64,000 bases of DNA from the human T2T-CHM13v2.0 reference genome, Homo sapiens (GCF_009914755.1 NC_060929.1); one strand, 5' to 3'; positions 11,726 to 24,660 are shown, numbered from the stretch's first letter. Numbers and translations are program-made. Notes: generated by a model not told the origin, from the letters alone.

Positions 11726-14700
11726 TCTTGCTACAGGGATGGTATGATCTAACCCACAGTAAAGAAAACAGATTCTAAATCTCACCTCAACTCCGCCTGC
11801 TGTATTTTCTTTCCACCTTAGGCTCATCTTCAGGGGGAGCTGAGACATGGGGAGTGCAGCATCTGGGGTGGCCTCTTGCATACAGGTGGTGCCTAATAAC
11901 CAGGGAATGGGACATTCACACAATCCCTCCATGCCCCAGTTTTTGACCCCTGCATCACCCTCTCTCATCATGTCCTCCACGCATGCTGCCCAAGAATGAA
12001 CAAACGGGAGACAGGGCCAGGCTCTTGCTGAGAACTGCAAGTGCCAGTGCCCAGCTAGAGAGCACAGCACCCCCCGGAACACAGGTTCAGGCTGGGCATT
12101 TTCATCTGTAGCCCCCGTGAAGGAGTGTCCCTAGCTCCATCAGTGCACTGAGAAATGCACAGGCCAGTGGAAAATGCCAGGATTTGCTCATTTCTGTTAA
12201 TGGTTCTATTCTGTAGCTGTCATTAAAGGCATTCTGTGCTCAAGGATGGGCAAAACTCCATGGCTTTCGTGACTTACAGGCAGGCACTGCAACATTAAGC
12301 AGCTACTTGTGAGGAAGAGCCTTCATTTTCTGCTTCCCTACCCTGGCATTAATAAGGAAAGCACATCTAATTGCCAAAAATGGTTGATGCAATGAGAGAA
12401 AACTCCGAGCACCAGGGTCAGTGGAAAGGACTGGCTCACCAATGATTACTCTTAAATTATCTCTCCTCTGTCTTAGCAGCTTCCTTTAAACGCAGTAAAC
12501 AAACAGCAACTGCTTTGCAGTTTTGACTGATAAGTATCTCATGAACGAGGCCCGTAATTTTAATTGATGGCACCCACTTCCTCCCGGTGCTCCCAACACC
12601 CATGGGGGAACTCAGCCTCACAGTGTTCGCGGGGAAACCCAAGTCATTCCGTGGCCCCGAAGTCATCCTAATGTTAGGTTCCCAAAGGCTGTCCTCAGCA
12701 GAGAGAGAATAAAAAGGAATGCCTCAGCTCATGTGTCACAAGCAGGCTGTGAGCCTCGTGTGCAGCCCAGGCTGGCCCCAGGACATGGCCCGGGCAGGCA
12801 TTTAAGTATGGGAAGCAGGGGAGCTGGACGTCCGTCACATGTCTCAGTTAGGAACTAAAACTAAGCTTCAGGCTCCTGTTCCCGAGAATTTGCTCCGTCC
12901 TGACAAAAACCACATCAATTTTCCCAGTTAACTACCAATAGGTGGGAGAGAAGGGCACACACCAAAATGTCATTTATAATTTAAAATTCATTATTGAAAA
13001 GGGCTCTGCAGTAATAGTTCAACCTCAATCATTTCAAAGATGCTTTCACAAAGGCGGCGTCCGACCGTGGGAACGGGGAGGCCAGGAGGGTTTTCCAGGG
13101 CTGCCTTCCCTGTTCCCTGTACCGTGCCTCCCCCTCCCCTGCCACAACCCTCCTGTCAGAAAGCTATTTTATCTCTGGAGAAGTTTTATGCCAGGGATAT
13201 ATGACCAGAATACATGAAGGTCTTTTGAATTTATTTTCAATAGCCCTGCTACTCTCTTCTCTATGAAATATTTAGCACTTAACTCGTTATTTCTGCTGCT
13301 GGCAAAGTCTCAGGTGCAGGTGGCTTTGTAGACATGGCAGAATGTCACACCAAGGTAATTGTTTCTCTTTATTTCCTCTAGATAAAGAATAAGTAATAGG
13401 CAAGTCGGAATTATCGGGTGGTGCTTCCATCATGAGCTCCTGTGATAACATAAACTGGGAGATTGAATTTGGAGTGGTCTGCATAATCAGCCCTCCCCGC
13501 TACTTCAACAATTTGCCTGTGAGTGAATCTGCATTCGTGAGCCACCTCTGCTACCCTGCTCTCACGCGTGTGTGAGAGTTCCTGCCTTCTAGGAGCTCTG
13601 AGTGGTGGAACTGGCTTTTAATGTCCACCCTCCAGAGGAGTCTGGGCGAATAAGGCTTATCTTGTGGGGCTCTCTGAGAAGGTGGCAGGAGGGTAAGGTG
13701 GGTGAGGGGTGCACAGCAGAAGCAAAGTTCAGGAAAGGAGGAGGACGAGAGAAAAGGAAAGTAGCAGAGGCAAAGAAAGGTGCTGAGGCCAGCAGAAAGG
13801 TGTGAAGAGAGAGGCTGCTGGGGCAAAAACGGGCAAAAATGAGATCATCACTCCCGGATAAGAGGCTTGCTGAACAGCTAAACCAAATGGAATCAGTCTC
13901 CAAACCTTTGGAGGCTCTGTCATTCAGCTTGAGGCAAATTCCATTAAGCTCAGTTACAAAAAGATGAAGGAACTGGGCGGCTAGTGAGTGCTACATCTTG
14001 GGCAACGAGCTTATGGCCCCTCGACCGCCTTGTCTTGTGTATACCACATTGCAGTTTGGTTTTCATGCATGGCTGACATGGGCTTGACATGAACACTGGT
14101 CAAGGCCCTCAGTTTAGCAGCACATTGTTATACCAATGCTTTCATAGCTCTCAGGAAAATTTAAGACTGAGAACAAAGTTTGTTCCTCCAATCCCCAGCA
14201 TTTTAAGCAGGTGTAAATATTCATGCATGATGGGAAAGCTAGTTAGAGAGAAGTTGTTGTGGAGAATGGTTCTGTGAATTTTTTATAGCCTAGCCACTTA
14301 CCTCCTTGGTAAACTCACACAGAAAAAAAGTGCACAGATGTCAAATTTCCACCTTCACTGACATATGTCCATTCTCTCAGGATAGAGGAGAAATCTCTGT
14401 CCATGTCCAACATGTCCTTCTGAGCCCTATTTACCCAACTACAATTCCCCTATTCAAGGGTCAGAGCTTGTCCTTTCTCTGTAGAGTGGACCTCACTGAC
14501 CCCGAGTCAGTGAGACACTCATTGAGCCATCTTTATATATACATATATGGTGGTCATGGGATCCTTCTTCACCTGAAGAAGGATCAAGCCAATCAGAATG
14601 AATCTAACTGACCCACCTAAAGTTTACACCCATGACCTTGGCCTCTTAGGCAAAGTGCCTCAACATCTGGGGGTGGGGCTGCATCTGGCACACAGTACGT

Positions 14701-15109
14701 CCTCAGTAAATCATTTTCTTATTGAAGACTTTTGTGCCCCTGCAGCCTTATTCTGCTGTCAGCATTTTGCTTAAGAAGCAAGCAAACTAATACTATTGAC
14801 ATGAAGATGTTTACCTACTATTTAGGTTTAAAATTTGGTTTAAAATATGTTTAAATGATTCAATAATTATTAGTGAGTAAAAATCTAGAAAGAAAAAAGA
14901 AAAAGAAAAAGCTTAAAATATATTCTTCAAATCTGCAGATAGCTTAGTTGGCTTATACAAATACTACTCTGATTTCTAAAGGAAAGGAGTCAAATTTCTC
15001 ACAGATAACCAATAAGCAGTTCAGCCATTTTCTCTCTCATTTGCTCTACTATTCTAACAAATTCCATTCTTTTTAGGTCTTTTCAATAGACTACCATTAT
15101 GTTGGGCAT

Positions 15110-15312
15110 TTACTTTAGGCCTGCTAGTCTGTGTTCAATGATTTTCATACAACTCATTTAATCCTCCTAGCAAACCTATGGAGACAGGGTTTAACTATGT
15201 TCCCAATTTACAAATAAGGAAACTGAGGCTGGAGAGCACATGTGGCTTGCCCAAGGCCACCAGAGTTGCATATCAAACAGTGCTGTGTGATTCCCAAAAC
15301 CCCGCTCTTAAT
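15110..15312 (-). mobile_element. MIR
   Basis: 'ctcatttaatcctc...cccaatttacaaataaggaaactgaggc...cttgcccaaggccac' is the reverse MIR core. Confidence 0.8.
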
Positions 15313-16824
15313 GGACTCAAGTTATTCTCTTCTCAGGAAGACACGGGGGGAAAATGACCCTTTAATGTTTTGTCTGCTTCTCTTCTCTTAGAGAACAACC
15401 TGCTGAAATTTTATTTGGTTTGGGCGGCAACTTTTCTGAAAGCATCTTCTTCAAACTTTATCTTCAAAACTCTGCAAAAAATGTTTTTTTTTCTTTTCCT
15501 GAGAAGTGCCAATTTTCCAGAGAATTCAGACAGAAATTTGCCCAAATAATTAAATTAATAACTCTGTCTTAGGTACTGAGGCATACCTCTTGTTGGGGAC
15601 ATTTCATGTCACTTTATGCTTCAATTACTGGAAAGTTCCCATTGTCTGGCCAGTGTGGCTTTGACAGCGATGACATCTGAGGGAGACGCCAATCATTAAT
15701 GCCAGCCATACAAGTATCTCTTCCTGATTTTCACTGTGGTACATATCGTTGTGTGAGTGAGTTTCATTAGGAGGCAAATTATGTTCTTCTACTGAAGGTC
15801 CCCATTGAACCAAGAACCACTTTTGATGTTCTTCCAAGATATTACTAATGAAAAATGTGTGGGAATGAGCCACATAACCGATTCCCTGATTTTTTTTCTC
15901 TTAATAAAATGTATGCTGCATAAAGCCCACATTGTGGCCCCATTTGGATTTAGGCTCACTCAGCTACCTTCATCTTCACGATTTATGGTGTGGCTATACA
16001 CACAAACAGTTTAAAAATATCTTGACTGCTCATCTGAAATTCTAACTGTATTGGTGAGCAAGTCGTCTGTCTCTGGACTGCTTCCATAACCCACTCGGGT
16101 TCAGACCACAGGAAGGAGCATCCGTAGCTGTGGTAACAGGCGGGGATAAATAATGCATTTTCAGGAGAGAGCCTTATTTTGCTGTAGTTGTTAGAATGCA
16201 TTCCCCATATTACAGGCTTGCAAATTTAATCTTAATTTCTTCTGTGAGTTTCTCTCTAAGATTCTCCATTGATCCCCTGAGTCAAGAAAATGTGTAGTTT
16301 ATCATCTGCCTGATCAACAATAGCTGAGTTCCTCCAAGTTGCCTCATCCTTTTCCTTACATCAGATCAGGACAAGATTTTAATTTTTCATGAAGAGTAAA
16401 ACTGTAGCTTTCTACATGGCCAGATAACTGGGGTAATTTGCTCACACACACGAGTGCAGTTTCTGCTTGGGGCTATTGAGGCCTCTGCGATGACCCGGAT
16501 TGCTAAATGGAAAGGAGGGTGCCTTGTTAGGCAGGGGTGGCAGAGGGAAGCGAGGAGTCCTTCACTGACCCCACAAAGTATGGAGAGAAGCCGCCCCATC
16601 CACAGCAGTGTCTCAGTCCCTAAAGCATACAGATAAAAATGATTTCTCACCTCTCAAATCTTTGCACATTTTCCATGTAAAGTGAAATGTATTTGGATAA
16701 TTCTTTAAGTAAAATAGAAATGTCTACTGCCGGGGAGAAATTGAGAGAAGTTTAACTAAAATTAAAAAGCAGAAAAATTCTAAAGTCCTTATTATATGTC
16801 TCCACATTATCTTATTTGATTTCC

Positions 16825-17017
16825 TTCCCAGCACTCATCACTACCTAACACTCACCTGCCTTGATTTGCTCACTTACTGCTTGCCTGCATGACAATCCCA
16901 TGAAGGCGGGGACCATGTGCGTCTTACTTGCTGCAGGGCTCCCAGGGCTGAGCCCAGTGCTGGGCACAAAAAAGGAGTAAATAGGTGTCAGTTTCGACAC
17001 CTATTTTGAGTGAATCA
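16825..17017 (+). mobile_element. L2 3' end
   Basis: 'gcactcatcactacctaac...ccatgaaggcggggacc...cccagtgctgggcaca...gagtgaat'. Confidence 0.65.
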
Positions 17018-17123
17018 ACCAGAAGGCACCGGCCTGGGCCAGCCAGACTCCACTGATGATGTCTATACCGAGGCCGTAAGACTTCTCTAGGATGCAGTTC
17101 TTTTTCCATCTAAAGAGGGTAAT

Positions 17124-17567
17124 ACAATAGCCAAAGAGTGGAAGCAACCAAGATGTTCATCAGCCGATGAACGGATGCACAAAATGTGGCACATGTGATG
17201 GAATATGATTCAGCAACCAAAAGACATGCAACAACATGGAAGAACCTCAAGAACACTGTGCCCAGTGGAGAAAGTCAGAAACAAAGTGACACATTGTGTA
17301 TGAGTCCATGTGAGACATGCCCAGAGGAGGCAAGAGTACAGTGACAAAAAGTGAGTTAGGGGTTGCCTAGGGCTGGGGTGGGCATGGGGGTGCCTGGATA
17401 TCGGCATCAAGTTTCTTTTGCAGGTGATGAAAATGTTCTAAAATTAGATTGTAGTGACAAACTAATTTTAGAAAATTCTGCAAACAGACCAAAAATCATT
17501 GACTTGTACATAAAATGGATCAGTTTTCTGGCATGTAAATTATATCCCAATAAAGCTGTTAGAAAAT
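17124..17567 (+). mobile_element. L1MB-type 3' end (L1MB7/8-like)
   Basis: 'acaatagccaaagagtggaagcaacc', 'ggtgatgaaaatgttctaaaattagattgtagtga', 'gtaaattatatcccaataaagctgtt'. Confidence 0.85.
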
Positions 17568-17864
17568 GAAATACTATGTTAATGCCATGAGTTTTTGAGT
17601 TTTTTTCCTGTGGTCTTTGGGAAATGCACAGCAGTGTGGCTAATGTGTCTTTTATCTGCTTAAACAAAATAAATTGAATAAAAACTCCAAAAAATTAGAA
17701 AAGACGGGGACACTCTACCCTCCCTATAAGGATCCAATGGGACAATGTTTGTGACAGGACCTAACACCGAATGCAAGGGAGAAAGGCAGATGTGGACCCC
17801 AGGCGAAGTTGACCCTGCTGGTCATACCACCCCCGCATGCAGTAGGCAGATGGGGAGGGACTCA

Positions 17865-18060
17865 CAGGCTGGAGCCAGACTGCCTGGGTTCAAATCTCAG
17901 CTCCACCACTAACTGGCCTGATGCCCTTGGGCAAATTACTTCACCTCTGTAAGCCTCCGTTTCCTCATCTGCAAAATCGGGACCATAATATTAACCTTTC
18001 ACCATGAGACCTGTACCTGGTGCAGAATAAGCCATATGTAAATATTTGCCATTACTACTA
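17865..18060 (+). mobile_element. MIR
   Basis: 'ctggagccagactgcctgggttcaaatctcagctc...ttgggcaaattacttcacctctgtaagcctccgtttcctcatctg'. Confidence 0.88.
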
Positions 18061-18954
18061 TTTGAGTTTCTCGCAGAAACCGAGGCACTTAAAATACCAC
18101 CAAAGTGCTTCATGGTCATCCTGCGGCACTGAAGGTGAGAGGTGTGGGTATAAGAGACCTCTGGAATAGCACACATGGCTTTCAAAGTCACCAAGGTTTT
18201 GCCTAAGGGGACATTCTCTGATTCAACCCCAGCCACTCCTTGTCCTGGTTATACCTGGCTTGGATCAACGTGAAGCCGGTTCTACTTGTGGGCCCAGCTC
18301 CTGGAGAGAGGGTGACAGAGCCCTGGTATGGACGCGGTGGGAGCCAGGATCTCCTCTGCCTCAATGTTTTCCACTGTATTCTCCCCAGCGAGGCCTCTGG
18401 GCAGTCCCCTTGCAATCTAACATCTAGACCTTAAACCTCTGCTCCGGATGCTGCCACCCCAGCTGAATAACCTTCTTCATGATCCTGAAGAAATGCTTTA
18501 GTGGATGATAGTTCTTCTGTTTCTCTGGGAAGTGGAAACTTGATTTTTAAATGAGATTTCTCCCTAAGGCTTCACCTACCTTTCAGCAAAACTTCCAAGA
18601 AAAGAGCAGCTCCCGACACCAAACAGCAGGTGCCGCACATCACATTTACGGCCCCGTGTGTGGAGGAAGGCAGGCCAGCCCATGACATAGCAGCGGTCCG
18701 AGTAACCCGCTGGGTTCCAGTGGAACCCAGGCTGGAAGGGACCGTGGCTGTTGGCCTAATAAGCCCTAACAAGCTAGCCTGCCAGGGGCTGTGCACTGCG
18801 CTGTTTACCAAGGATGTCCTGAGGTCAGTACATGTGACTCCATGAGCAGTGAGCATGTTGCTCTCTGGCCTTGAGATGTTTAACTCTTGGTTGGCGTTAA
18901 TCTGGATTGCAAGTTTTATTTCTGAGACTGATCATTCAAGAGCTATCAAGCATT

Positions 18955-19256
<302 letters not shown>

Positions 19257-19319
19257 GCTATTAAGCTTTTTTAAGGGAACTCATCACAGGTAGTCAGCTG
19301 CTCAGCTTGAAAGAACATT

Positions 19320-19450
19320 CTATTTATTTGTACATTCAATAAATGTTTATTGAGTGCTCACTATGTGCCAGGCTCTGGACCACTGTCTGGGTTCACAAGG
19401 GTGAACAAGTCAGACATAGACCCTACCTACATGGAGCTTACAGTCTGATG
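19320..19450 (-). mobile_element. L2 3' end
   Basis: 'cattcaataaatgtttattgagtgctcactatgtgccaggc...catggagcttacagtct'. Confidence 0.8.
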
Positions 19451-19941
19451 AAGAAGCCAACAGAGCAACCCGGAATTGACCAATTGACCTGTCATCAAAA
19501 GGAAGAGGTCTGCTGCTGGGACAGCAGCTCAAGTGCAGTCATAATAAAAAGGGCTGTAAATCTCCAATGCCTCTCTGTGCCATCTAAGGCATTCATACCC
19601 CAACAAAAACCATGAGAATAGGCAGAAAGTGCTGGGTCCAAGCTTTGGGGAATTTATCTTGAGAAGGAGGGAAGGAGCAAAGGAAGCTGCCACCAACATG
19701 GAAAAGGAAAACATCTGAAGATGAACTGTGCTGCGGTCTGGCGATGTCTGCCTGCAGATGCAGTGCCAGTTTCACTAACAGCTAATGCAAACTGATGCAA
19801 AAACGTCCATATTGCAAAGGAAAAGTGGAATCCCAAGACTGTTGATGGAATCTGCTCAGTATGGAAGGAAATGCCATGCAAATGTGTGTTTGAAAGATAA
19901 TCAGGAAGCCAGACTGCAATGCCAAGAAAAATAAACCCAGT

Positions 19942-20608
19942 CTGATAATCCAGACTATCCTGGGCCAAAGAGCCAGATCTGAGCATTGCACAGGTTTCTG
20001 GCTGGCACTACCCTAGCATCAATGCTGCAGAGCAACATTTACTACAAGCAACTGAAACAATAGGAGAATCTGTTAAAAATAATCAGGCTCCCATGAAACA
20101 TAACTGGCAAGGGTAGGGGCTGCCCAGAGGTTAGTCTGGGCTCAGCCATGGTTGTTGCAGGCCCTCAAGAGTTCACAGAAATGGACTGCTTCCAGAGAAT
20201 GCTGTAGGGCTTACAGAGGCTGACCCCTCACCTTGCCCATGGTGCACTTCTCCCTGCCAGAGAACTAGCCAGGCCACCCACAGCACAGCCTCACAGCTCC
20301 ACAGCAGAAACAGACGCCAGGGGCCCCAGCTATGGTGAGAGTGAGCAGGTGGCAGGGGCTGTCTCACCACAGCACATGGCTTGCAGGGTGTGCAGGTAAG
20401 GAGAAGGTGTTGGTATGCACGAGAGTGGGGATCCCAAGGCCTCCCAGGGAGGGCAGGGGCTCTGAGATCCCTCAGCTGTACAAATTGGCAGGAGGGAACT
20501 TCAGAGCAAGCCTACAGGGAAGCTCTGCATTTCCTGGGAATGATGACTCCTGGGCCCCTTGCTGATAATCCAGACTACCCTGGGCCAAAGAGCCAGGCCT
20601 GAGCATTG
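19942..20608 (+). repeat. 47-bp dispersed direct repeat (19942-19988 and 20562-20608, 44/47 identical)
   Basis: ctgataatccagacta(t/c)cctgggccaaagagccag(at/gc)ctgagcattg seen twice, 620 bp apart. Confidence 0.92.
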
Positions 20609-20654
20609 AAAAGGAACTTGCAGGCTGTCATGGACCAAAGCCACCTATGGAGAA

Positions 20655-21017
20655 TGATATGGTTTGGCTGTGTCCCCACCCAAATCTCATCTTGAATTGT
20701 AGCTACCATCATCCTATGTGTCGTGGGAGGGACCCAGTGGGAGGTAACTGAATCATGGGGGCAGGTTTTTCCCATGCTGTTCTCATGATAGTGAATAAGA
20801 CTTATATGAGATCTGATGGTTTTATAAAGGGCAGTTCCCCTGCACAAACTCTTGCCTGCCACCATGTAAGATGTGCCTTTGCTCCTCCTTCACCTCCCAC
20901 CATGACTGTGAGCCCTCCCCAGCCATGTGGAACTAAGAGTCCATTAAATCTCTTTTTCTTTGTAAATTGCCCAGTCTTGGGTATTTCTTCATAGCAATAA
21001 GAAAATGAACTAATACA
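20655..21017 (+). mobile_element. THE1 solo LTR (THE1C/B)
   Basis: 'tgatatggtttggctgtgtccccacccaaatctcatcttgaattgtagct...actaataca'; TSD GAGA(A/T). Confidence 0.93.
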
Positions 21018-22404
21018 GAGATAGCACAAATGCCCAGCAAAGGGCATGTGACAGAAGGCCGGCCTTGTTCAGGGATGCAAGTGTACATGCCCCTACATGT
21101 GTGTGGACTGCAGAAGCCCATTCCTAGCACCCATCCCAATAAAAGGGCTAGGATAAGCTGGCTGGGGCTCTGACTGGACCCTCTTTAAAGCCTGACCATT
21201 TAAGCGCACTCCAGTCCCCCGTGGATGGGCTAGTTATCATCTATTCTTTCATCACAGTTTACCCTCTGACACTGGCTTCAGAGTTGCCTCATTATTTAGC
21301 CTGGAGGCCAAGGCCAGGTCATGATCCAGCCTTTTCCTTTTGGTGCTTCGGAGCTTCTCATGATAAGTCTTTGTGTTTCAGTAAGGCACAGGCGGGACAT
21401 GGTAGTGGGAGACATCAGTAGGTCTCCAGGGCAGGTAGGGGCCTCTGGGTAGGGGCAGAACATGCTCAGCAGGAAATAAAATCCTTTCCTGCTGCCAGTT
21501 CTGTTATACAGCTCCCAGGCTGCCTCCTTGGCTCTCACCCAGGGCAAGGCCTTGCCCAGCATTCTGCACTACAGAGGTGCTGGCTATAAAGGCTTTCCTG
21601 TCTGTGGCTCCTCCCTGCAGCCTGCCAGGCCTCCAAGCGAGAATGTCCACTCCTGCTGTCTTTCTCTGGACTCTTCTCTCCCTACCCCCACCTCAAATCT
21701 CCAGCTCTCCTCATCCTGGCTCCAGCCACCTGGCTGCCTTTCACTTCCTTCTACCTTCCTCCACATACACCTCTGCCTAAGTAGGAGGTCCATATAGATT
21801 CTCTCTCCCTGGGTGTGGCACCTTCTCTGCTGTACAGCAAATTGGGCAATGTCCTCCTCTCCCAGGCATGGACTCCTGAAGCAAACGGAAGGCCCTGCAC
21901 AAGTGGCACCATCATCATCTCTGAGCCCTCTCTTTGCAGAACATTGAAATGGAGGAAGAAAAAAGCTTTAAGCAGCATTTCATTGAAAGGCTTCTCACAC
22001 AGAACTTTGACGATGACACTGGGAGAGGCTACTTATAAAAATAAAACTTTTTAAGAAATAGAGTTTTTCTTCACTCGGTTTTCTTAAACCAAGATTTAAG
22101 AAATCTCGGTTTTCTTCAGTAGCCCAGGAGGAAGGAAGAATAGAAGATATCTACTAGCCCACATGAGAGAAAAGCTTTATTCTCTTACATTTACAAGAAT
22201 CATCATGTGTCAAAGAGAAATATGCTATTCTATAAGGTTTAAAACAGGTCATCTTAGAATTCTCATCCTGCCTTTGCCAAAACATAAAGAGAATTTCTCC
22301 TGCTTTCTAGACCTCCACTGCTGTATCTGCACTTGGTGGAAGCCCTTTCTACACGCTGCTCAGCAACATGGTCTCTATCGTCTCTTAAGTAACAACATAA
22401 CACA

Positions 22405-22630
22405 GTGAAAAGAGCCTAGTGTCAGCGGTCAGGGTCAGGACACTTGAAATGTAGCCACACTTCTGCAACCGATGTCAGTGTGAGGGCTTCATATTCCCCT
22501 TCTGTAAAATGGGGATTCCTTCCTTCTTACTTTGCATAGGTGTCATAGAATTAGTTGAGATCGTGAATGTGACAGCTCAGAGCTTTCTAAATGTAAGCAC
22601 CTTGTATTTATTAGGTAACAGTTCTTATTA
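22405..22630 (+). mobile_element. MIR (decayed)
   Basis: 'ttctgtaaaatggggat...ataggtgtcatagaattagttgaga'. Confidence 0.55.
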
Positions 22631-23837
22631 TTGCTGCAGGGAAAGGTGCCATGCAGTTCAGAATCAAGCTCAATTCAGGCATGGTTTGAAGGGTAACTTC
22701 AGCCAAAGAACTTTCTAGCTCTTCTCCTTTTTCTTTGTCAAGGATTTTAAAACATTAATATTACCCTTGACAGTAACCATAAATTTTGGTTTAAAAATGA
22801 AATGTGTCTGCCCCAGGTAGTGCCATTTCTCTGTCCAGAAAATAATTTCATGAGACATTCTAAGAGTTTCTTTCAATGGCCACAAAGAGGACACTTCAGC
22901 AGCCGCTGCTGTAGGAAAATTTGTTCTCTTAAGCATGTGCTTCTGAACAACCAAGGAGGCAGAGTTCACATTCACAGCCAGCTCTTGGGAGCAGATGCTG
23001 AAGAATATCTGCCTGGAGACTCACAGAGAAAGCAGGAGGGAACCCTTTATGGGCAGGTAATGGCGCAGCTTCCCATGCAGGCAGACCTTGCTGGTTCAGG
23101 CTAATTGGGAGGACAGCCAGCCTGTGTTGGCAACAGCTGAATTTGGGAACATTGAAAGTGAAAAGTAATTTAATTTCAGTACATGCAGCAACTCAAATTA
23201 GGCTAAGGAAGCATGGCCAGGACTTGCTGCTCAGCAGAGGTCCTTTAAACCCACTTTAAGAGAGGTAAATGATTTATAATCAGCACATTCCAAGCAAATA
23301 TGCAAATAGCAGGAGCCATTGCAGCTGCAAACAAGCTGCGGTCCTAAGTGGGCTGGCAGGGCAGGCAGGAGGCACTCCTTCAGGCTGCAGCAACGTTCGG
23401 GTCCTCGGCAAGCACTCTGGCCCTGGAAAACTCAGCCCAGCTGCTGGCTAAAGAGTCAAATACTGTACAGGACCAGGGCTGAGTTGCTGAGGTTTGCCTC
23501 GAGTGCCTGGGAGCATCTTACCCACTGTACATGGACATGTTTTGTTCCTGATCCACAGTTATCTGACACATTACTTGTCACAGTGGGCTTCTTCCAGAAA
23601 ACAAACTCTCCTTCAAGTGGCAAATCCCAATTTTCTCCAGTTCGGGACTATGGAGCCTGTCTTCCCATTGGTAAATGGGCATATTCCCAAGGGAGCAGGA
23701 AGTACAAAGGCCCAGCTCCTGGGGGAATGGCACTCACGGTGAGAATGGCTCACACTCATGAACATGTGGCCTTCATGCGACCATCGGTAAAAACACGGGC
23801 TCATGGAGGAGAATAAGCAAGGTGTGGGCAGAGGCGC

Positions 23838-24115
23838 CTGAGAGACAGAGACAGGATTGGGGGAAGGAAGGAGAGAGAGATCGGGAGCAAGAGACTGACA
23901 CACACAGACACACTACGAGAGTATCAGAGAGAGACGTAAAGAGGAGGACAGGGTACGAGGGGCGGGGAGAAACAGAGACCAAGAGAGGGCAAGGAAGAGA
24001 GATACACAGAGACAGTGAGAGACTGAAGGAGAGTGATGAAGAGCGGGAGGGAGAGGAGGGGAGAGACAGGTTGGGGGAGAGGAAGAAAGAAAGAGAGACG
24101 GCAGAGGAGGGGGGA
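23838..24115. repeat. GA-rich low-complexity tract
   Basis: Purine-rich gaga/gaca units seen directly. Confidence 0.85.
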
Positions 24116-24544
24116 TTGATTTCTCTGAGGAACAGGAGAAAGGGACATAATTGCAGCAGGCGTTCCCTCTCCTGTTCTGTCCTTCATTTTCTTTAAAACT
24201 AGCTTAATCATCAACCACATCTGAAAGCGCATTTGAGGAGATAAGTTGAAGAAAAACGTGTTTCCCTATGAAAAATCCATCACCCGACACAAGCTACTCT
24301 CATCTCTTGTGCTAAGAAAGCCAAAACAACCCTGGTGACCCTTTACAGTTGTGTTACTGCAAAAACCTAGAAACGGCCCCCTCTTCACCCTGCCAAACCC
24401 CAGCTCCTGGTCTGAAGTGATGGTCTCACAGGGGTCAGTGATCCCAGAGCAGGAGCTGGCGGTGGGTGGGCGGAGCAGAAGGAACTTTGAACCACACCTT
24501 CTTAGGCACAAACATACATATTGAAGCGCCACAAAACAGAGCAA

Positions 24545-24660
24545 AGTAGTGTTATCCCTGTTTGACCTATGAGGAAATTGAGGCCCAGAGAGGATAACTT
24601 GCTCAAAGTTATGCAGCCAGTAGGGGAGAATCCGGGTCCCACCTGACATGTGACACTGGC
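24545..24660 (-). mobile_element. MIR fragment
   Basis: 'ttatccctgtttgacctatgaggaaattgaggcccagagaggataacttgctcaaagt'. Confidence 0.7.

Noticed and set aside
19942-20608. CRISPR-like or LTR-pair interpretation of the 47-bp direct repeat
   Set aside because: Only two copies, a 573-bp interval, primate context, and no TG..CA termini, primer-binding site or cas genes.
23822-24196. Arg/Glu-rich 124-aa ORF
   Set aside because: Product of the GA-rich low-complexity tract.
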